Part shown: piece after piece, positions 8,115 to 13,603 of the stretch
Numbering within the stretch: position 1 is the stretch's first letter
Layout of the letters: the number at the start of each line of letters is the position of its first letter
DNA from: Polyangiales bacterium
GTDB taxonomy: Bacteria; Myxococcota_A; Polyangia; Polyangiales; Polyangiaceae
NCBI GenBank assembly: GCA_038230375.1
Contig: JBBRNJ010000133.1
Coordinates: forward strand, 1 to 13,603
Direction of reading: 5' to 3'
DNA: 13,603 nucleotides
Made by a program: the position numbers and the translations under genes
The notes under the pieces: generated by a model
What the model was told of the DNA's origin: nothing
Databases searched by the model: none
What the model saw: the letters and a program-made list of their open reading frames with translations, nothing else

Positions 8115-8298
8115 CGTGCGGCTGCGTCCCACGACGGCGGACGATTCCTACATGGCGGGAACCAGGGAACAACCATGGCGATTCATGCCGCAAGTTTTTC
8201 CCGGCATGGACGGCGCTGCCATGCCCCGAGGTCTTCGCAGTGATGCGTACACTCCGCGCTTGCTCAATGAAAACCGATGCGCGATGGTCGGGGCCGCG

Positions 8299-8991
8299 AT
8301 GCGAAGAAAGTCCATGTCGATCCTGGGAGGCGCGCTTGTTGCCGCGCTTGCGCTTGCTGGATGCAAGGATCCGAGCGTCTCGATGAGCGAGGGGACGCGC
8401 GAATACACGCCGGCCGATTACCCTCAGGTTCTCAAGCGGTGGACGCGCTCCGAGAGCCTCATCTCTCTCGCGGAGCTCGACGACCTGCTCACGGTCACCG
8501 CCACGTACGAGTCGTGGGACTTCCGGTGGGCGTATGTCGTTCGCTACGCCGAGGACTATCGCCTCACCGTCGATCAGCGACGCAGCCTGCTCAACCGCAC
8601 GCTGACGGAGACGCAGGACGGTCACCGCTTCTATCTCGCGCTCTACGGCACCACGCGTCGCGGCGTAGATCTGTCGCGCCCCACCAGCGGGTGGATCGTT
8701 CGCCTCATCGACGACGAAGGAAACGAGACCGCGCCCACCTCGATCGAGGCGATCGCGAAGCCAGGCGCGATCGAGCGCACGTACTTCCCCTACACCACGC
8801 CGTACCGCACCGTACTGCGCGTGAAGTTCCCGCTCACGAACGGAGACGGGCGCCCGACGATCTCGCCGCGCGCCAAGTGGTTCGGGCTTCGCCTGGCAGG
8901 CGCCGAAGGCTACGAGGAGCTGCACTGGGAGCTCGGCACGCAGACCGAGAAGCGAGCCGCGTTCGGCTACACCGAGTCCACCGTTCGCTGA
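8299..8991 (+). CDS. Lipoprotein, unknown function
   Basis: MRRKS..LGGALVAALALAGC signal peptide with lipobox LAGC; strong GC3 bias downstream. Confidence 0.85.
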   Translation: MRRKSMSILGGALVAALALAGCKDPSVSMSEGTREYTPADYPQVLKRWTRSESLISLAELDDLLTVTATYESWDFRWAYVVRYAEDYRLTVDQRRSLLNRTLTETQDGHRFYLALYGTTRRGVDLSRPTSGWIVRLIDDEGNETAPTSIEAIAKPGAIERTYFPYTTPYRTVLRVKFPLTNGDGRPTISPRAKWFGLRLAGAEGYEELHWELGTQTEKRAAFGYTESTVR

Positions 8992-9001
8992 GGCGCTGCA
9001 G

Positions 9002-9037
9002 GCTCGGAGCGCTCAGAGCGCTCGGAGCGCTCAGAGG
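9002..9037. repeat. Tandem array of palindromic 9-mers GCTC-R-GAGC x4 between convergent genes
   Basis: gctcggagc gctcagagc gctcggagc gctcagagg; overlaps the stop codon at 9031-9033. Confidence 0.85.
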
Positions 9038-10749
9038 CTCGCGAGGATCTCGAGGAGCGGCGGGCAGGTCATCAGCAGCTCCTGCGCGGCCTTGCGATCG
9101 CACGACAGCACGAGCGCGCCTGAGTCCGCGGCGCGTGCTTCCGCCTGCGCCTTCGTGACGCCACCAACCACTGCGCTCGGGAAGATGAAGTCGCCGGGGC
9201 CAAGCGTGCCCGTCACTGCGCCGTCCTTGACGAGCTCGATCGTCCCGGCGCCCACGACGAACAGTCCGGGCACGACCTTGCCCGCTGGAAACAGCACGTC
9301 GCCAGCGCCAAGGCTGTGCACTGCGAGCCGCGCAGTCACGATGCCACGCAGCGTCGGATCGAGGCGCGCACCGAACGTTCCGATGGTGACACCAACGGCG
9401 GCGAGCACGGGATCGGCGGAGGCACGCAGATCGTCCTCGACCCAGGGACAACCCTTCATGATGGGACCGACGTCGTCTCGCGACCAGACGGCGACCTCGG
9501 TCCCGGTACCAGTGCCAGTACCGAGGAGACGCATCGGCACGTCGGACTCGATGGAGCCGCGACCATAGAGTACATGGCCCGTAGGCAAGCGAACGGCAGG
9601 CGCGTCCACTCCATGCGCAGCCACGTCGACATCGCCACCGAGCACGATCGCCAGGGCGAAGCTCGGGATCTCCGCGCCTTCCTTCAGCGACATCACGAAG
9701 GCGGACTTCTGCAGCGTCTCGCGCAGGTCGTCGGGGAGATCCGCGAAGGCCTCGAACGCCTCGATCGACAGCTCCGCACGCGGGGTCAAGCTCTCGCGAC
9801 CTGGATCGTCCGCGGTGGTGAGAGATGCCGCGTCGGGGTTGGGCTCGGCAGGCTCCGATGGCGCGCGCGGCGGCTCATCGCCAGGCTCGGACCCCTCGTC
9901 GACGGGCAGCTCACCGGTGGGAGCGCCGTCGGGGATCGGCGTCCTTGCCGCTTCGCGGGAAGGCGGTAGCCCGGCCATCGCGTCGATGTCCGTCATGCTC
10001 GGGTTGCGACGGATGGAAATGTTCGTGCTGGCCGTGCGAACCTCCGCGCCCACGCTACCGGGTGGCACCGTGACGATTTCGCTCTCACCGACGGACATCG
10101 GCGGCAGCGACTCGACTGATGCGACGGCGGGCGGTTCGTCCCCCATCTGCACGACTTCGGAGCGAGCATTCGTGTTCGCGCGCACAGCGAAGCGACCGCT
10201 GTCGGTGCGACTCCCCGTCGGCTCGTCGGATGCTGCCGTTGCCGCGACAGGCGGCGCAGGGGTGAATCCGGGTATCCCCGATGGAGGCGGCGGCTCGTCG
10301 AGCGGGATCGGTGGCGGCGCAGCCTTCGGCGGCGCGGGCTTGCGCGGCGGAAGCGGTGGCGGCTTGTTGGGAGCACCGTCTCGACCGGCGCCCACCTTCG
10401 CGACCGGCTTCGGGAACGACGGAGCCAACGGTAGTGGCAGCGGAGCGGGCGCTGCGACCTGCATCACCACGGGCGCGGGCGCAAACGCGGGCGCGGAGGG
10501 CTCGTCGGTCACGACGTCGATCTCGATCGATCGGTCCGGGCTCTTCAGCTGATCGGAGAGGTCGGCGGCGATCTTGGAGAGCTCCAGTGCGCGCTCGTCG
10601 AGCTCCGCTTCTCCCGCTGCCGTCGCGGCGCGTCGAAGCCACACGATCGCATCGGAGCGCTCATCGCGCTTCCAGAGCGTCTCTGCGGTTTGGAGCGCCC
10701 AAACGACGTCTTCCGGATCGCTAGGCAGGACCTGCGGAATGGCGGCCAT
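9031..10749 (-). CDS. Protein with N-terminal helical domain, long Pro-rich linker and two degenerate cyclic-nucleotide-binding (Crp-like) domains
   Basis: AFADLPDDLRETL..LAIVLGGDVDV and LGAGDVLFPAGKVVPGLFVVGAGTIEL..TLGPGDF match cNMP beta-roll patterns. ATG at 10749 preferred. Confidence 0.8.
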   Translation of the reverse strand: MAAIPQVLPSDPEDVVWALQTAETLWKRDERSDAIVWLRRAATAAGEAELDERALELSKIAADLSDQLKSPDRSIEIDVVTDEPSAPAFAPAPVVMQVAAPAPLPLPLAPSFPKPVAKVGAGRDGAPNKPPPLPPRKPAPPKAAPPPIPLDEPPPPSGIPGFTPAPPVAATAASDEPTGSRTDSGRFAVRANTNARSEVVQMGDEPPAVASVESLPPMSVGESEIVTVPPGSVGAEVRTASTNISIRRNPSMTDIDAMAGLPPSREAARTPIPDGAPTGELPVDEGSEPGDEPPRAPSEPAEPNPDAASLTTADDPGRESLTPRAELSIEAFEAFADLPDDLRETLQKSAFVMSLKEGAEIPSFALAIVLGGDVDVAAHGVDAPAVRLPTGHVLYGRGSIESDVPMRLLGTGTGTGTEVAVWSRDDVGPIMKGCPWVEDDLRASADPVLAAVGVTIGTFGARLDPTLRGIVTARLAVHSLGAGDVLFPAGKVVPGLFVVGAGTIELVKDGAVTGTLGPGDFIFPSAVVGGVTKAQAEARAADSGALVLSCDRKAAQELLMTCPPLLEILASL

Positions 10750-10814
10750 TCGTCGTACGAGGTGTACCACGAAGCCGGGGAGCATCGCCCAAATCTCCGC
10801 GAATTCCAGAAAGC

Positions 10815-12092
10815 TTATGGAAGTAGTCTGGTGACGGTGCCGTCCTCGCTGCCGACGATCAGGCTGCCATCCCCGAGCATCGTGACGGGACCATCCACAT
10901 CACCCTGCGTCGAATACGAGAAGATCGGCGCGCCGCTGGCGGAGAGGCCCAGCACGCGATCGTCCTGCGTGCCGAAGTAGAGTGAGCCTGCGTCATCCTC
11001 GAGGGGGGAGCCCCAGATGCCAAAGTCCTTCGCGCCGGTGCCCTGGATCTCGAACGCGCCCAGCAGCGTTCCGTTCTCGGAGAGGCGGACCACCCGCGGG
11101 ACCGGGCCGAAGGTCCCCACGACGATGTCACCGCTCCGCGTCACCGTCACGCCGCCGCGCACGTAGCCTGACACCTTCGTCCGCCACATGATCTCGCCGC
11201 CGTGCCCCACGCGGACGACTTCACCGCCGTCCGTACCCACGACGAGCGACCCGTCTTCCATCACGGACGGGGCACAGTCCACGTCCGCGCCAAGGTCGGT
11301 CGCAGAGCCAGGCGTGAGCCCCTTGCCCAGGATGTAGAGCTTGTCGTCCTGCGCGCCGAACGCGATGCGCCCGTCGGGGAGCCAGGTTGGTGCAGAATAC
11401 ACCTTTTTTCGAGCACGGAATCGCGCGGCGACGTCTCCGCCCTTGCGAAGCGCGTAGACCGTGTCTCCAGCGGCGAAGATCACCTGCGCATCCTGGCTCG
11501 CGGGCAACACGAGCGGCGCTACATCCGCCTCGCCGTCGACATCGAGCTTGTAGAGCATCTGCCCTGCGGGAGAGATCGCGAAGAAGCTCTTCTTGTCGCT
11601 CCCGACATAGATGGTGCCATCGTCCGCGACCGCCGGCGCGCCGTAGGCACGGTCGCCGAGGGGGAAGGACCACTTCTTTTCTCCGCTCAGCGTGAGCGCG
11701 ACGAGCTGCCCCTCCAGCGTGACCGCATACAGCGTGCCGCCATCCGGCGACGCGACCACCTGCGCGGCGACCGGACCGCCGACCTTTGTCTGGAAGCCGA
11801 CCGACACGCGCCGAGGCCCGATGCCCTTTGCGCGGTGGCGCCGCTGCGGGTCACCGTGGAAGGTGGTGGCCGGGCCTCCCGGGACCGATGCATCGGGCGC
11901 GAACGGGGTCTGCGCCCACCGCGCGGATGCTGAGCCCAGTGGTCCCGCGGTCGTCGTGGTGATCGCGCCCGACGGCGACGCGGGATGCGACCGATCCATC
12001 ACCACCTTGCGCGCCACGAGCGCTGCCGTGACCACAACGAGCGCGGCGAGGGGCACGCCGGACCAGACGCGCCGCTTCACTTGTGTTGCCAC
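10815..12092 (-). CDS. PQQ-binding-like beta-propeller repeat protein (BamB-like fold) with N-terminal anchor or signal
   Basis: Repeated blades such as APAVADDGTIYVGS..FAISPAGQ and SPLEDDAGSLYFGTQDDRVLGL; TFHGDPQR motif; N-terminal hydrophobic helix. Start could also be the GTG at 12080. Confidence 0.9.
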   Translation of the reverse strand: MATQVKRRVWSGVPLAALVVVTAALVARKVVMDRSHPASPSGAITTTTAGPLGSASARWAQTPFAPDASVPGGPATTFHGDPQRRHRAKGIGPRRVSVGFQTKVGGPVAAQVVASPDGGTLYAVTLEGQLVALTLSGEKKWSFPLGDRAYGAPAVADDGTIYVGSDKKSFFAISPAGQMLYKLDVDGEADVAPLVLPASQDAQVIFAAGDTVYALRKGGDVAARFRARKKVYSAPTWLPDGRIAFGAQDDKLYILGKGLTPGSATDLGADVDCAPSVMEDGSLVVGTDGGEVVRVGHGGEIMWRTKVSGYVRGGVTVTRSGDIVVGTFGPVPRVVRLSENGTLLGAFEIQGTGAKDFGIWGSPLEDDAGSLYFGTQDDRVLGLSASGAPIFSYSTQGDVDGPVTMLGDGSLIVGSEDGTVTRLLP

Positions 12093-12098
12093 AAACGC

Positions 12099-12416
12099 TC
12101 AGCGCGCTTTGCGGCCGGCCTTTCGGCCATCAAGGTCAGTCTTCTGGTTTGCGGCAGCGGCGCGCGTATCGCGGTGCGCGCGCGCCTCGGCCACTCCGAG
12201 CGCATGCGCGATCTCTCCGGGCATGCGGCGCGCGAGCCATCCGATCAGCGTGAGGCCCGCCGTACGCGTGCTCTCGGGCATGAGGCGCTCGCGCAGGAGC
12301 TTGGAAATCTCGCCGATCAACCTGGTGCGCTCGCACTCGTTCGGGATGGGAGAGTTGCCCTCTCCGCACTCGAAGATCCCGGACTTTGGATGTTTGCGCT
12401 CGGTCGAATCGGTCAT
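12099..12416 (-). CDS. Small hypothetical protein (105 aa)
   Basis: Coding-like codon usage from the ATG at 12416. The stop is 6 bp before the beta-propeller gene. An in-frame TTG 8 codons upstream, following an AAGGAG, is an alternative start. Confidence 0.7.
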   Translation of the reverse strand: MTDSTERKHPKSGIFECGEGNSPIPNECERTRLIGEISKLLRERLMPESTRTAGLTLIGWLARRMPGEIAHALGVAEARAHRDTRAAAANQKTDLDGRKAGRKAR

Positions 12417-12675
12417 GGTCAGGTTGCCATACACACTCAACGCGGGGGTACTCCTTGGGGCGTCGGGAGCGGTAGTTCTAGGGGATTTCCACGTTCGCGC
12501 AAGGTGCTTCGCAGCGTTTTTCGTTGACGCCGCAAAGTCACGGAATATCAGCCCAATTTCCGTGAACTCGGAGATGCGCATGCAGAATACACGAAGCCGA
12601 CGCTCCACCGAAGAAACCGGCTTGGTTCTCTCCGGGAGGGGGCGCCCCCGGCCGTCGTCATAGTATGGGACCTGC

Positions 12676-13461
12676 GTGGAGTATCGAGTGGAGGAGCTTG
12701 CGCGGAAGGGGCGGACCACGGTCCGCAACATCCGGGCGTACCAGGAGCGGGGACTGCTCGCGACGCCGCGGCGCCAGGGCCGGCTCGCGTACTATGACGA
12801 CGGGCATCTGGCGCGGCTTCGGCTCATCGGCGCGCTGCTCTCGCGGGGCTACTCGCTCGGGAGCATCCGCGACCTCCTCGCTTCGTGGGAGAGCGGCAGC
12901 GACCTCCGCGACGTCCTGGGCCTGACGGCAGCCATCACCAGCCCGTTCGCGAAGGAGACGCCAGAGACGCTGACGCTTGCAGAGGTCGCGGAGCTGTTCG
13001 GCACCGTGGACCCCACCGCGCTCGCAGCGGCGATCGAGCTCGGGCTGTTCGAGGTGTCTGGCGCATCTCTCGTCGCACCGAGCATGCGCCTGGTGCGGGT
13101 GGGCGCCGAGCTGCATCGTGCCGGCATCCCGCTGCCTGCGCTGCTCGCCGAGCTCTCCAAGCTGCGCGCCGGCGTGAATCAGATCGCGGAAGGGTTCGTC
13201 GCGCTCGTGTCCTCGAACGTGCTCGCCAAGGTGGACTTCGGCGATCTCCACGGTGAGGACGCGCGACGGCTCCAGAAGTTCGTGGAGCGCGTCCGGCCCA
13301 TGGCGGAGCTCGCCGTGGACACGATGCTCGCGCAGGCACTGGACACGCTGGTGCAGCACGAGCTTGCGGACCGGCTGGCCGGCGGCCGAAAAAACGCGAC
13401 CGCGCCACCCGTGCGGCCCGCGCGGAAGGCTGGAAGGCGCGGCAAACGGGCGCGCCCTTGA
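12676..13461 (+). CDS. MerR-family transcriptional regulator
   Basis: N-terminal HTH YRVEELARKGRTTVRNIRAYQERGLL.P.R.GRLAYY...HLARLRLI..LLSRGYSL..IRDLL. Confidence 0.93.
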   Translation: MEYRVEELARKGRTTVRNIRAYQERGLLATPRRQGRLAYYDDGHLARLRLIGALLSRGYSLGSIRDLLASWESGSDLRDVLGLTAAITSPFAKETPETLTLAEVAELFGTVDPTALAAAIELGLFEVSGASLVAPSMRLVRVGAELHRAGIPLPALLAELSKLRAGVNQIAEGFVALVSSNVLAKVDFGDLHGEDARRLQKFVERVRPMAELAVDTMLAQALDTLVQHELADRLAGGRKNATAPPVRPARKAGRRGKRARP

Positions 13462-13497
13462 CGATACCATCAAGCGATGTAACGATTACACTCTACG

Positions 13498-13603
13498 ATG
13501 AACATACACCCGAGCCCGAGGAGCGTTCCCACCATCCAGATCCGTGACCGCCGGTTCGATACGTCGGCGGCGCGCGTACCCCGCCACTGGCTCGGTGGTC
13601 GCA
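13498..13603 (+). CDS. Probable metal-dependent hydrolase (PF10118-like), 5' end, truncated by window
   Basis: MNIHPSPRSVPTIQIRDRRFDTSAARVPRHWLGGR resembles the I..R...FD....VPRHW.GG N-terminus of this family. Only 35 aa are visible. Confidence 0.6.
   Translation, partial: MNIHPSPRSVPTIQIRDRRFDTSAARVPRHWLGGR

Noticed and set aside
9503..9523. GTGTGT peptide repeat in the cNMP-domain gene
   Set aside because: Short, degenerate, in-frame loop expansion with no sign of phase variation.
2242..13473. Many long Arg/Ala-rich antisense or alternate-frame ORFs
   Set aside because: Shadow ORFs expected in high-GC DNA; each overlaps a gene with recognisable motifs or better codon bias.

Overview
High-GC myxobacterial (Polyangia/Sorangiineae-like) core-genome region. 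Bases 1-~598 are the 5' third of a 16S rRNA gene on the minus strand. Upstream lie a structured leader with a boxA-like motif and an array of four tandem sigma70-type promoters (849-1337) that share the discriminator NCGCGNCCC. A (CAGGCG)n repeat follows. Next is a tightly packed minus-strand operon: ttcA, a multi-pass membrane protein, a 56-aa membrane protein missing from the ORF track, a parvulin-type PPIase lipoprotein and a roadblock/LC7-like protein with an extra C-terminal domain. The remainder holds a divergent orphan, leucyl aminopeptidase (pepA), a degenerate PilZ-like gene with a sigma54 promoter and IHF-like site, a lipoprotein, a Pro-rich protein with two degenerate cNMP-binding domains, a PQQ-like beta-propeller protein, a small hypothetical, a MerR-family regulator and the start of a probable metal-dependent hydrolase. 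I see no mobile element, CRISPR array or defence system. The most notable signals are regulatory architecture and lineage-specific proteins of unknown function. All family assignments come from motif recognition by eye; no database search was run.
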